Origin: Gemmata obscuriglobus
Lineage (GTDB): Bacteria; Planctomycetota; Planctomycetia; Gemmatales; Gemmataceae
NCBI RefSeq assembly: GCF_008065095.1
Contig: NZ_CP042911.1
Span: 2,220,001 to 2,252,000, forward strand
DNA length: 32,000 bases
Direction: 5' to 3'
Under the pieces are notes generated by a model. That model saw only the letters and a program-made list of their open reading frames with translations, was not told the DNA's origin and searched no databases. Below, one piece after another: positions 8,222 through 16,551 of the stretch. The position numbers and the translations under genes are program-made. Numbering within the stretch: the stretch's first letter is position 1; every line of letters begins with the position of its first letter.

Positions 8222-10327
8222 TCATCCGACAAAAACGCCGCCCGGTAGGGCGGGGTCGAATGCGAGCCGGTCGAGCACCGCCGAATCGGATCGCAACGAC
8301 TCGAACGTTTTCACCTGTGGACCGGCACCCGGCCCCGCGCCCGCGACCAGCACGGGGCCGTTTGCGGCCACCCGCACGCCGCCCGCGAATTCCGGGTCGA
8401 ACGCGTAAAAACTGGCCCGCTCTTGCCCCCCGGAGAAGAGCTTTACGTGGGTCGCGCCGGCCGCCGAGCCGACGAACAGCCCGGCCGTGCCGGCCCCGAT
8501 CGAAACGCCACCCCTGTACTCCGGTACGAACGCCAAGAAACTGGATGTCGTTTCACCGGTCGTGCCGTCGAACACCTTGATGTGCGAACTGCCCGTCGCG
8601 GTGCCGACGATGACATCTGCCCGGCCGCGGCCGGTCCAGTCGCCCGCCGCGACCGTGACCCCGCCGGTGAACCCGTCGAACGCGAGGAAGCTGCGCACCT
8701 CCGCACCCGTCACCGCGTCGAAGATTTTCACGTGCGAGCTTCCCGTGGCGGTGCCGACGATGATGTCGGCGCGGCCGTCGCCGTCGATGTCGCCGGCGGC
8801 GACGTAGAGCCCGCCGCGGTACGCGGGATCGAACGCGAGGAAGCTGCGGATGACGGCGCCGGTCGCGCCGTCGAACACCTTCACGTGCGGCGGGGCGCCG
8901 GGACCGGTGCCGGTGATGACGTCTTCGACCCCGTCGCCGTTGACGTCGCCGGTGGCGACCCGCACCCCGCCGCTGTACCCGTCGTAGGCCGCGATCTTGA
9001 ACCGGACGGTGCCGTCCGTGTTGAGGACCGCCACCTGCGCCGGCGCTCCCGGCCCGGTACCGACTGCGATCGTTTGTACCGGCTGCGTGGCTCCGGTGCC
9101 GGTCGGATTGGGGTACTGGGGGGTGGGAATGGAGGGCGTGACAGAGAGGTAGGGAGGGACGCTCGTGTTCGGGACCGTACTTCCGACGAATACAGTGATC
9201 GTTCCCGCACTGTGGTTCAGAGCGAACAGCCAGCCGCCGGCCGCCACATCAAGATCGACGGTGCCGAAACCGGCGGACGCGAACAGGCTTTCCGCGCCGG
9301 TGGCTCCGTCTCGGACGAAGATGTCACCGGTGGCCGGCTTGGCGAAGAAGTAGTCACCGACGTACTGGGCGGGGAAGTACGGGGTCGCGGGGTTGTAGAA
9401 CGTTCCGCCGCTGAGCGCGTGGGTCGGCCAACCGCCGATCGTAACGATGTCGGTAACTGCCGGCGCGGAGGCACCCGGGACCACTACGAGGTGCGGAGAG
9501 GTGAACACCGGGCGGGTGAAGTTGGGGAATGCACCCGGGTCAAAGTCGCCTTCGTTACCGGGCCATCCGTAGTTGGCTCCCGGCGCGCCTTCGTTCACCT
9601 CGTCGGACAGGTCGCCGCTGTCCGTGATGAAGAGCCGGCCGGTGCCGGGCTGAACCGCGACGGCGAGCGGGTTCTGTAACCCGAGTGCGTAGATCGCGCG
9701 GTTGTCGCCGGTGGCGGTTGCGTAGAACGGGTTGTCGGTCGGGACGGTGCCGTCCGGGTTGAGCCGTAACACCTTGCCGTTGAGGTTATTGAGCGTCTGG
9801 GCGTTGTTCCCGTCGCCGGCGTCGCCGGTGCCCACGTACAGCTTGCCGTCGGCACCGAACGCCAGTGCGCCGCCGTTGTGGTTCGGGGCCGATGCGATGT
9901 TGTCGAGGAGGACGGTTTCGTTGGTGCCGACGTTGCCGTTGGCGGTGAACCGGCTGACCCGGTTGACGGGCGTGGGGCCGGCGGTGGTGTAGTACGCGTA
10001 GACGAACCCGTTTGTCGTGAAGTTGGGATCGAGGGCCACGCCGATCAGCCCGCGCTCGCCGGCGGTGTCCACGCTCAGCGACACGAACGGGGTGTCGAGC
10101 AGGGCGTAGTCCTGGATCAGCGTGGTGTAGGGCAGAACGTAGTTCTGGACCACACGGAGCGTGCCGGCCTTTTCGGCCACGAAGATGCGGCCGTCCGGAC
10201 TGGCCGCCATTGCGGTCGGCTGAACCAAGCCTGAAATTATGACCGAGGGGTTCGCGATGGTCGTGGGCGTGTAACGGGTCTCGAGTTGTTCACAGTGAAG
10301 GCGAGAACGGAAAGGTTGTCCGGTCAC
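8222..10327 (-). CDS. PQQ-dependent sugar (glucose/sorbosone) dehydrogenase-like beta-propeller fused to a C-terminal FG-GAP/VCBS repeat propeller
   Basis: GTG at 10327 is preceded by AGGAAGGAG. The N-terminal two thirds carry SPDGRIFVAEKAGTLRVV, LGVALDPNF, NHNGGALAFGADGKLYVGTGD and YGWPGNEG. The C-terminal part (about aa 420-701, nt 8225-9070) has 5-6 repeats of about 50 aa, of the type GDVNGDGVEDVITGTGPGAPPHVKVFDGATG. Confidence 0.85.
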   Translation of the reverse strand: MTGQPFRSRLHCEQLETRYTPTTIANPSVIISGLVQPTAMAASPDGRIFVAEKAGTLRVVQNYVLPYTTLIQDYALLDTPFVSLSVDTAGERGLIGVALDPNFTTNGFVYAYYTTAGPTPVNRVSRFTANGNVGTNETVLLDNIASAPNHNGGALAFGADGKLYVGTGDAGDGNNAQTLNNLNGKVLRLNPDGTVPTDNPFYATATGDNRAIYALGLQNPLAVAVQPGTGRLFITDSGDLSDEVNEGAPGANYGWPGNEGDFDPGAFPNFTRPVFTSPHLVVVPGASAPAVTDIVTIGGWPTHALSGGTFYNPATPYFPAQYVGDYFFAKPATGDIFVRDGATGAESLFASAGFGTVDLDVAAGGWLFALNHSAGTITVFVGSTVPNTSVPPYLSVTPSIPTPQYPNPTGTGATQPVQTIAVGTGPGAPAQVAVLNTDGTVRFKIAAYDGYSGGVRVATGDVNGDGVEDVITGTGPGAPPHVKVFDGATGAVIRSFLAFDPAYRGGLYVAAGDIDGDGRADIIVGTATGSSHVKIFDAVTGAEVRSFLAFDGFTGGVTVAAGDWTGRGRADVIVGTATGSSHIKVFDGTTGETTSSFLAFVPEYRGGVSIGAGTAGLFVGSAAGATHVKLFSGGQERASFYAFDPEFAGGVRVAANGPVLVAGAGPGAGPQVKTFESLRSDSAVLDRLAFDPALPGGVFVG

Positions 10328-10386
10328 GGGGCTCCTTCCTCCGCAAGGTTAATACTCGCGTGAGCGTTGTGGATAGCTGCGCGAGT

Positions 10387-10416
10387 AGTATACCGACCAA
10401 CTGCCGGTGCGTTCAA
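10387..10416 (-). promoter_or_regulatory. Candidate sigma70-like promoter for the dehydrogenase/FG-GAP gene
   Basis: On the minus strand: TTGAAC (10416-10411), 18-nt spacer, TATACT (10392-10387). An 8-bp inverted repeat, TACTCGCG (10353-10360) / CGCGAGTA (10380-10387), sits in the predicted leader. Pattern match only. Confidence 0.35.
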
Positions 10417-10552
10417 CTGCGGCTGCGTGCCGAATCCGTGATGATTTATTCTGCTGCCTGAAGCAGCGTTGGACTTGAGGTGCGTGGGGGCGCTTGCCCG
10501 AAGGAGGTGGGCCGGTTGCGGTCGGTACGGTCGTGGTGTGGTTGTGTGGTCT

Positions 10553-10966
10553 TCAATCCGGGCGGCACGTCACCCCGAAGTGCTTGCCGAGACGATCGGC
10601 GACCTCGATCCCGACCCCGGCAAAGATGAAATTACCCGAGATGTTCGAATAGAACTCGAAGTACGTCTCGCACGGGAGTTCGTACCCGTTGTCGGGTGGG
10701 GTGTGCTCGAACGTGAAGTGGACGAACGCCTCGTCACCGTCCGCGATGCCGTACAGCGGGAAATTGCGTTCCGCGTTCGAGTGCCCCAGTCGCCGCTCGA
10801 GCGCGGCCGGGAAGTAGAAGAACACCCAGACCAAGTCCGGGCCGCGGTCGTCGATCTCGTACCGGGTTAGCCCGAGGTTGGTTCCCACCACGTGCTCGGC
10901 CGCGGCGCGGATGCGGTCGCGGTCGAGCACGTCCCAGGGCAGAGTGTAGTGCAACCCCCAGCTCAC
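10553..10966 (-). CDS. Hypothetical protein (137 aa), translationally coupled to lysS
   Basis: GTG start (10966-10964) overlaps the lysS TGA stop (10965-10963) as GTGA. Third-position GC bias looks coding. I recognise no domain. Confidence 0.6.
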   Translation of the reverse strand: MSWGLHYTLPWDVLDRDRIRAAAEHVVGTNLGLTRYEIDDRGPDLVWVFFYFPAALERRLGHSNAERNFPLYGIADGDEAFVHFTFEHTPPDNGYELPCETYFEFYSNISGNFIFAGVGIEVADRLGKHFGVTCRPD

Positions 10967-12624
10967 TTCTGCTCCGGGCGCAGTAGCGGGAACAGGATCA
11001 CGTCGCGGATGGTCTGGGTGTTCGTGAGCAGCATCACCAGCCGGTCGATGCCGATGCCCAGGCCGCCGGCCGGCGGCATGCCGTGCCGCAGCGCGCGGAT
11101 GAAGTCGTGATCCATCTTCGCCATTGAGTCGTCGTCACTCAGGCCCGCGAGCTGCTGCGAGAAGGTCTGCTCCTGCGTGATCGGGTCGTTCAGTTCGGTG
11201 TAGGCGTTTGCCAGCTCCATCCCGTGAACGTACAGCTCGAACCGCTCGGCGATGGCCGGGTTTTCCCGCTTGCGCTTCGTGAGGGGGCACAGAGGTGAAG
11301 GGTAATCGTACACGAACACCGGACCGACCAGCGCGTCCTCCACAAACTTCTCGAACAGTTCTTGAACGAGAACCACGTGCGCCTTGGGCGTAGTAATTTC
11401 ACGGGGCGGTTGTGCATCTGCAGGGACAGTTTGGGCGACCTTCTTGTAAGCGAGATTAAGCTTCTCAGCGTAGTTTGTCGTCTTATCCTTCCCTTCCGTC
11501 GCAATATTTGCCGCCCGCGCCGCAGCGAGCACCGCGGCCTCGTCGGTCATGTCGCAGCCAACGTGTTCCTTGAACAGGTCGCCGTACTTGGCGCGCTGGA
11601 ACGGCGGGTTGAAGTTCACCACCTTCTCGCCGAACCGCAGGTGCCGCTCGCCGTGCAGGTCGTACACGCGGTGGGGCACCGCGCGGGTCTTCTTCTCGCC
11701 CTTATCCTCGTACTCCTCGTCCAGGTTGACGGTCGCAGTCGGGCCGACTACGTCGACACACGCGACGATGAGCCCTTCGGTGAGGTCCATCATCGTCTGG
11801 TAGTCGCCGTACGACTGGTACAGCTCGAGCATCGTGAACTCGGGGTTGTGCTTCCGACTGATCCCCTCGTTCCGGAACACCCGCCCCAGCTCGTACACCT
11901 TCTCGATCCCGCCCACCAGCAACCGCTTCAGCGGCAACTCCAGGGCGATGCGCACGAACAGGTCAATGTCGAGCGCGTTGTGGTGCGTCTCGAACGGCCG
12001 CGCCGCGGCCCCGCCGGCGATGGCGTGCAGCGTCGGCGTTTCGACCTCCATGTACCCCTGAGCGTCGAGGTGGTTGCGGATGGTGCGGATGATCTTCACC
12101 CGCTGGTGCGCGCGGCGCAGCGTGTCGGGCGTGTAGACCATGTCGAGGTACCGGTGCCGGAGCCGGTACTCCTCGTCGCCCATCCCGTACACGTCCTTGG
12201 GGTGCGGCTCCAGGCTCTTCGTGAGGAACGTGAGCTTCTCGACCTGGATCGTGAGTTCGCCGGTCTTGGTGGTGCCGAACTCGCCGTCCACGCCGATGAT
12301 GTCGCCCAGGTCGAGCAGTTGGGCGACCTGCCACTCGGTCTCGGTGAGCTTGTTGACCCGGACCATGAGCTGGACGCGGCCGGTCTGGTCCCAGATCTCG
12401 AACCACATGAGCTTGCCGCCGGTGCGCGCCCGCACCACCCGGCCGGCGGCGCGGACCTTCGGCCCGGACTTGGCGTCGTCGAACTTGTCGGCCGGGAGTT
12501 TCCGAATCTCGCCGATGGGCTGGGCGTTATCGAACCGGTGGCCCCACGGGTCGAGGCCGAGGGCCTCGATCTGTCGGAGCTTCTGGAGCCGCACTTCGGC
12601 GAGGTCGGTTGTTTCGTCCGCCAC
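10963..12624 (-). CDS. lysS: Lysine--tRNA ligase, class II
   Basis: Motifs seen: LRQIEALGLDPWGHRF, the OB-fold region, FRNEGISRKHNPEFTMLE, GGLGIGIDRLVMLL. I chose GTG at 12624 (VADETTDLAEV), preceded by GGAAACGGAAGAA. GTG at 12645 is an alternative. The track start at 12834 adds an Arg/Pro-rich extension that looks non-coding. Confidence 0.95.
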   Translation of the reverse strand: MADETTDLAEVRLQKLRQIEALGLDPWGHRFDNAQPIGEIRKLPADKFDDAKSGPKVRAAGRVVRARTGGKLMWFEIWDQTGRVQLMVRVNKLTETEWQVAQLLDLGDIIGVDGEFGTTKTGELTIQVEKLTFLTKSLEPHPKDVYGMGDEEYRLRHRYLDMVYTPDTLRRAHQRVKIIRTIRNHLDAQGYMEVETPTLHAIAGGAAARPFETHHNALDIDLFVRIALELPLKRLLVGGIEKVYELGRVFRNEGISRKHNPEFTMLELYQSYGDYQTMMDLTEGLIVACVDVVGPTATVNLDEEYEDKGEKKTRAVPHRVYDLHGERHLRFGEKVVNFNPPFQRAKYGDLFKEHVGCDMTDEAAVLAAARAANIATEGKDKTTNYAEKLNLAYKKVAQTVPADAQPPREITTPKAHVVLVQELFEKFVEDALVGPVFVYDYPSPLCPLTKRKRENPAIAERFELYVHGMELANAYTELNDPITQEQTFSQQLAGLSDDDSMAKMDHDFIRALRHGMPPAGGLGIGIDRLVMLLTNTQTIRDVILFPLLRPEQK

Positions 12625-12979
12625 GGTAAATTCTTCCGTTTCCACGGTGTTGGGTGTTAAGAGCTTTTTAGTTACGGGTCGAATGCAAGGACACCCGAGA
12701 GGGGGCGAGCGTTCGCGGGTGGACCCGTTCCCGCGCCTCGTTGTCCGGAAGGGAAGGGCGGGTGAACGCGCGGGGGCGCCGTTTCGCAGCGCCGCGGTTT
12801 CGCGCGGCGCTGACCGGGCCGTGCGCGTACCCACACCGCGTCAACAACCGGACAAATGAGGCCACGGCGCCAGCGAAAGGTGAAGAAGAAGCCCGGGTGA
12901 AAATTCGCTCGCGCCATGACCGCCCCGGGCCGGGCCGCTACACTGTTCCGACGTTCGTTCCACCACGGAGACGGAACCC

Positions 12980-13939
12980 ATGTCGAGCGACGCTTCCGCG
13001 TCCAACGCCGACGACAAGAAGTCCGACGAGCCGAAGAGCCTGCTGGAGAAGGCCGGGGCCGCGCTCCCGGTCGCCCTGACCGCGCTCGCCGCGGTGTTTG
13101 GGTCCATGTCCAACGGGGCACTCCAGGAAGCGATGTACTGGAAGTCGCAGGCGGCCCAGGACCAGGCGAAGTCCACCAGTCAGTGGTCGCTGGCCGGGTT
13201 CAAGCGGGACCGCTCGCTGATGATGCAGACCACCGCGGCGCAGCTCCGGGCCACCGCGGGTTACGCGCCCGCGAAGTTCGATGCGGCTCCCAAGGACGCG
13301 TCCGGCGCCGAAGGACAGAAGGCGCTCGCGTGGCTCACCGAGCGCGGCGAGAAGGGCGGGCCGCCGCCGGCCAAGCTGCCCGATATTGAGGACGAGCGGA
13401 TCAAGGAGCTGCGCGACGCGATCGAGCACCGCGAACCGGAGCGAGATCAGCTCAAGAAGGCTGGCCGGGTGGACATCGCCAGGATCACCAAGACGATCGA
13501 CGACGCCGAGCGGTACAAGGAGCAAACGGACAAGGAGTGGGCGCCGGTGGTCGCCGCGGCGGAGGCGTGGGTCCGGGCGCAACAGGTGTCCAAGCCCGAC
13601 GCCGCGGACGCCGCGAAGCACGCGGCGACCGCGGCCCAGGCGGCCGGGTTCGAGCTGGAGCAGCGCCGGTACCGGACCGAGTCGCGGATCGAGCAGGGGA
13701 TCGGGTTCCTGTACGAGATCCGCGTCAAGGTGAGCGCCGCGGAGAGCGACAAGCACCGCCGCAAGAGCGACGCGCTATCAATTGCAATGCTGGTGGCCCA
13801 GATCGGCGCCGTGGCGTCGTCGCTGGCGCTGGCCCGCAAGCAGAAGAGCGCGCTGTGGCTGTTCGCGGGGCTGATCGGGCTGGTCTCGGTCGGCGTGGGC
13901 GGGTACGCTCTGATCCCGCCCGCGCTGCTCCCGTTCTGA
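12980..13939 (+). CDS. Membrane protein, DUF4337-like (tentative) with an extended central charged/coiled region
   Basis: ATG at 12980. N-terminal TM segment LPVALTALAAVFGS is followed by EAMYWKSQAAQDQAKSTSQWSLAGFK. The C-terminus KHRRKSDALSIAMLVAQIGAVASSLALARKQKSALWLFAGLIGLVSVGVGGYAL matches the DUF4337 layout as I recall it. At 319 aa it is longer than typical members. Confidence 0.6.
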   Translation: MSSDASASNADDKKSDEPKSLLEKAGAALPVALTALAAVFGSMSNGALQEAMYWKSQAAQDQAKSTSQWSLAGFKRDRSLMMQTTAAQLRATAGYAPAKFDAAPKDASGAEGQKALAWLTERGEKGGPPPAKLPDIEDERIKELRDAIEHREPERDQLKKAGRVDIARITKTIDDAERYKEQTDKEWAPVVAAAEAWVRAQQVSKPDAADAAKHAATAAQAAGFELEQRRYRTESRIEQGIGFLYEIRVKVSAAESDKHRRKSDALSIAMLVAQIGAVASSLALARKQKSALWLFAGLIGLVSVGVGGYALIPPALLPF

Positions 13940-13971
13940 CCGGGGTGGCGAGCGCCACGTGAGCGACCGCC

Positions 13972-14736
13972 ATGACCGGCACTGACCGCCGACTCGCCGA
14001 ACAGCTCTTCCACGACAAGCAGGCCGCGGAACGCGCCGACACGTTCCGCGGCGACGCCGGTTCGCTCCGGTTTAACACCGACGACTACCTCGATCACGAA
14101 ACCTGGGTGCGTCCCGCGTTCGGATCGCTCGGCGATTTGCGCGGGAGACGGGCGCTCGATTACGGGTGCGGGCACGGGATGGCGGCGGTCACGCTCGCCC
14201 GCGCCGGCGCACATGTGACCGCGTTCGACCTTTCGCCGGGGTACGTGGCCGAGGCGCGCGCCCGGGCCGATGCGAACGGGGTCGTCGTCGAGTGCGTCAC
14301 CGCCGACGGCGAAGAGCTGCCCTTCGAGACGGCATCCTTCGACGCGGTTTGGGGCAACGCGATCCTTCACCACCTCGACCTGGCGCGTGCCGGTGCCGAG
14401 CTGCGCCGGGTGCTGAAGCCGGGCGGGGTGGCGGTGTTCTGCGAGCCGTGGGGCGGGAACCCGCTGCTGGGGTTCGCCCGGCGGGCGCTGCCGTACCCGG
14501 GCAAGGACCGCACCCCGGACGAGCACCCGCTCACGCGCCGCGACCTGGACCCGCTGCGGCGCATCTTCCCGGCGATGAACGTTCGCGGGTTCCAACTCCT
14601 GGGCATGGTGCGGCGGGTGTGGAAGAACCGGCCGGCTCTCCGCCTCCTTGATGCGGTTGATGTGCGGCTGCTGCGGACTGTTCCGCCGCTCGAAAACTGG
14701 TGCCGGTATGTGGTGATCGTCCTGCGGGCCGGATAG
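13972..14736 (+). CDS. Class I SAM-dependent methyltransferase
   Basis: Motif I ALDYGCGHGMAAVTLARAG, then VTAFDLSPGYV, FDAVWGNAILHH and LKPGGVAVF. Confidence 0.85.
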   Translation: MTGTDRRLAEQLFHDKQAAERADTFRGDAGSLRFNTDDYLDHETWVRPAFGSLGDLRGRRALDYGCGHGMAAVTLARAGAHVTAFDLSPGYVAEARARADANGVVVECVTADGEELPFETASFDAVWGNAILHHLDLARAGAELRRVLKPGGVAVFCEPWGGNPLLGFARRALPYPGKDRTPDEHPLTRRDLDPLRRIFPAMNVRGFQLLGMVRRVWKNRPALRLLDAVDVRLLRTVPPLENWCRYVVIVLRAG

Positions 14737-14777
14737 ACTGTCGGGGCCGTGCGGAATGTGCTGCTTGAGCTGCCCCG

Positions 14778-15470
14778 ATGAGTGCGCCCGCGCCCCCCTC
14801 GCCGACCGCCAACGCGCCCGGAACATCGGGCAGCGCGCAGGCGGTTTTGGGCATTTTCTTGGCGGTGCTGCTCGGACTGCTCGCGTACCGCGGGTACGGC
14901 TCGCACTTCGGCGCGCGGCCCACCGAACCGGCCGTGGCCGCACCCGTTGATCTGAACGCCGCGGGCGAGGCGGAACTCGTGCAGGTGCCGGGCATCGGCT
15001 CGAAAACGGCCCAGTCGATCGTGCTTCACCGTCAAACGCATGGCCCGTTTCGGTCGGTGGAAGAGTTGCGGAACGTTCGTGGGATCGGAGCGCAGACGCT
15101 CGAAAAAGTGCGGCACCGGTTCCACACGGAGACGATTGCCACAGACCCGCTCGCGCCGCCGGAACCGCCCGCAACGATTACTCGTACCTCCTTCTCCTCA
15201 CCACTTACATCGGACCCGCCGCCGCTTCCGCCACGACCGGTTGCCTCCACCGGCGCGAAAAAGCTTCAGCCGGGAGATCCGCCGATCGACGTGAACACTG
15301 CGTCGCCGGACGAACTCCAGCGCCTGCCGGGCGTCGGACCCGTAATGGCCCACGCGATCGTAACGGCTCGCGCGACGAAGCCGTTCGACAGCGTCAATGA
15401 CCTCGACCGCGTGAAGGGGATCGGCGCGAAAACGCTCGACAAGTTGCGCCCGTTCGTGACCGTGAGGTGA
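14778..15470 (+). CDS. ComEA-like protein with two helix-hairpin-helix DNA-binding modules and an N-terminal TM anchor
   Basis: TM segment AVLGIFLAVLLGLLAY. Two copies of the ComEA-type module: VDLNAAGEAELVQVPGIGSKTAQSIV...LRNVRGIGAQTLEKV and IDVNTASPDELQRLPGVGPVMAHAIV...LDRVKGIGAKTLDKL. A Pro-rich linker separates them. Confidence 0.85.
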   Translation: MSAPAPPSPTANAPGTSGSAQAVLGIFLAVLLGLLAYRGYGSHFGARPTEPAVAAPVDLNAAGEAELVQVPGIGSKTAQSIVLHRQTHGPFRSVEELRNVRGIGAQTLEKVRHRFHTETIATDPLAPPEPPATITRTSFSSPLTSDPPPLPPRPVASTGAKKLQPGDPPIDVNTASPDELQRLPGVGPVMAHAIVTARATKPFDSVNDLDRVKGIGAKTLDKLRPFVTVR

Positions 15471-15483
15471 GCCTATTCTTCCG

Positions 15484-15594
15484 CTGGGACCGCGGCCGTC
15501 CCGGCCGCCGGTAGTCCGATGGATGAGCTTGGCGAAGGAGCGCGTGGCGGCCTCAACCGTTGACCGAAAGCGGCCGAGACGGCCGCGGTCCCAG
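15484..15594. repeat. Long-range perfect 17-bp inverted repeat enclosing a nested stem, between convergent genes. Possible bidirectional terminator or structured element.
   Basis: CTGGGACCGCGGCCGTC (15484-15500) pairs with GACGGCCGCGGTCCCAG (15578-15594). The inner pair is GGCCGCC / GGCGGCC. It fills most of the 132-nt gap between the stops at 15470 (+) and 15603 (-). Confidence 0.5.
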
Positions 15595-15602
15595 GGGCGT
15601 GT

Positions 15603-16451
15603 TCACTTCCCCGCCGCTTCTGTTTGTTTCTTCTTGCGCTCGGCGATCTCGTCCGCAAACAGCTTGCGCACCGTCTTCTTCGAGAAGAAGTCCACGACCC
15701 ACGGGGCGAAGCGGTTCACCAGCACCAGCAGCTTCCCGCGGAAGGTGAGGGTCACGTCCAGGCTCCCGCGCGTGACGGCGTTCAGCGTCGCCGCGGCTAC
15801 CTCTTCGCTCGTCATGCCGCGCATGTGGTCGAGTTGCATCTTGGCCTTCTGCTCCAACATGTTCTTCGAGAAGTTGGTTTGCGTCAGGCCGGGCGACACG
15901 ACGATGACATCGACGCCGTCCTTCGCCAGTTCGGCGCGGATGGACTCGCTGAACCCCATCACCGCGAACTTGCTCGCGGAGTACAGCGACCGCGCCGGCA
16001 GTGCCCGCTTGCCCACCACCGACGAGATGTTCACGATCGCCGGGGTGGTCCCCTGCTTCAGCAGCGGTAGGAGTACGCGGGTCGTTTCGGTCAGCCCGAA
16101 GAAGTTGGTTTCAAAGATCTGACGCAGCACCTCGGGCTCCGAGTCCATGAAGTGGCCCGTCGCCCCGATGCCCGCGTTGTTGATGAGCACGTCCAGCCCG
16201 CCGAAGCTGTCGGTTGCGGCCTTCACCATCGCGGCGCGGTCGTCGGGCTTGGTGATGTCGGCGGCAACGGTCGCGATGGTGCCGCCCGCGGCCCGCACCT
16301 CGGTCGCGAGTTCGTCCAGAAGGGGTTGCGACCGCGCCGCCGCGAGCACCCGGCACCCGCGCTTCGCGGCCTCGGTCACCAGCGCCCGCCCGATGCCCTG
16401 CGACGCCCCGGTGACCAGCACACGCAGCCCGCTCAGATTCCGACGCGCCAT
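15603..16451 (-). CDS. SDR family oxidoreductase
   Basis: I chose ATG at 16451 (MARRNLSGLRVLVTGASQGIGRAL, a TGxxxGxG Rossmann motif). NNAG and YSASK (Y-x3-K) are present. The track start at 16640 adds an implausible leader. Confidence 0.9.
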   Translation of the reverse strand: MARRNLSGLRVLVTGASQGIGRALVTEAAKRGCRVLAAARSQPLLDELATEVRAAGGTIATVAADITKPDDRAAMVKAATDSFGGLDVLINNAGIGATGHFMDSEPEVLRQIFETNFFGLTETTRVLLPLLKQGTTPAIVNISSVVGKRALPARSLYSASKFAVMGFSESIRAELAKDGVDVIVVSPGLTQTNFSKNMLEQKAKMQLDHMRGMTSEEVAAATLNAVTRGSLDVTLTFRGKLLVLVNRFAPWVVDFFSKKTVRKLFADEIAERKKKQTEAAGK

Positions 16452-16551
16452 GACATCCCCTCTGCGAACACTCCACGTTAGTTCTACGACAACGCACGGG
16501 AAGTCGCGCCGGCCGGTCCTAACATGATCTCGGTAAATACGGGGAGCTGAA

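Noticed and set aside
8225-9070. Periodic DNA repeats of about 150 nt that could be mistaken for a repeat array
   Set aside because: They are in-frame FG-GAP protein repeats inside a continuous ORF. They have no spacer/repeat architecture, so this is not CRISPR.
10368-10376. DnaA-box-like TGTGGATAG
   Set aside because: It is a single 8/9 match with no cluster, no AT-rich unwinding element and no dnaA/dnaN context, so it is not an origin.
12625-12834. Upstream extension of lysS. Similar extensions exist at 6834-7079 (gluconolactonase family), 16452-16640 (SDR), 24763-25152 (trpC), 19172-19207 (sulfatase) and 1398-1460 (hydrolase).
   Set aside because: The extensions have non-homologous Arg/Pro-rich sequence, overlap neighbouring genes or structured repeats, and sit upstream of better internal starts that have SD sequences or signal peptides.
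13447-15174. 575-aa minus-strand ORF opposite the DUF4337-like, methyltransferase and ComEA genes
   Set aside because: It is antisense to three genes with recognisable motifs. It has an Arg/Pro-rich low-complexity translation and no domain signatures. The same reasoning applies to 17294-18715, 19298-20965, 21014-21853, 368-1054, 3123-3785, 3977-4615, 6551-7600, 24964-26112 and the plus-strand ORFs 11362-12660, 26675-27898, 27949-29220 and 8423-9679.
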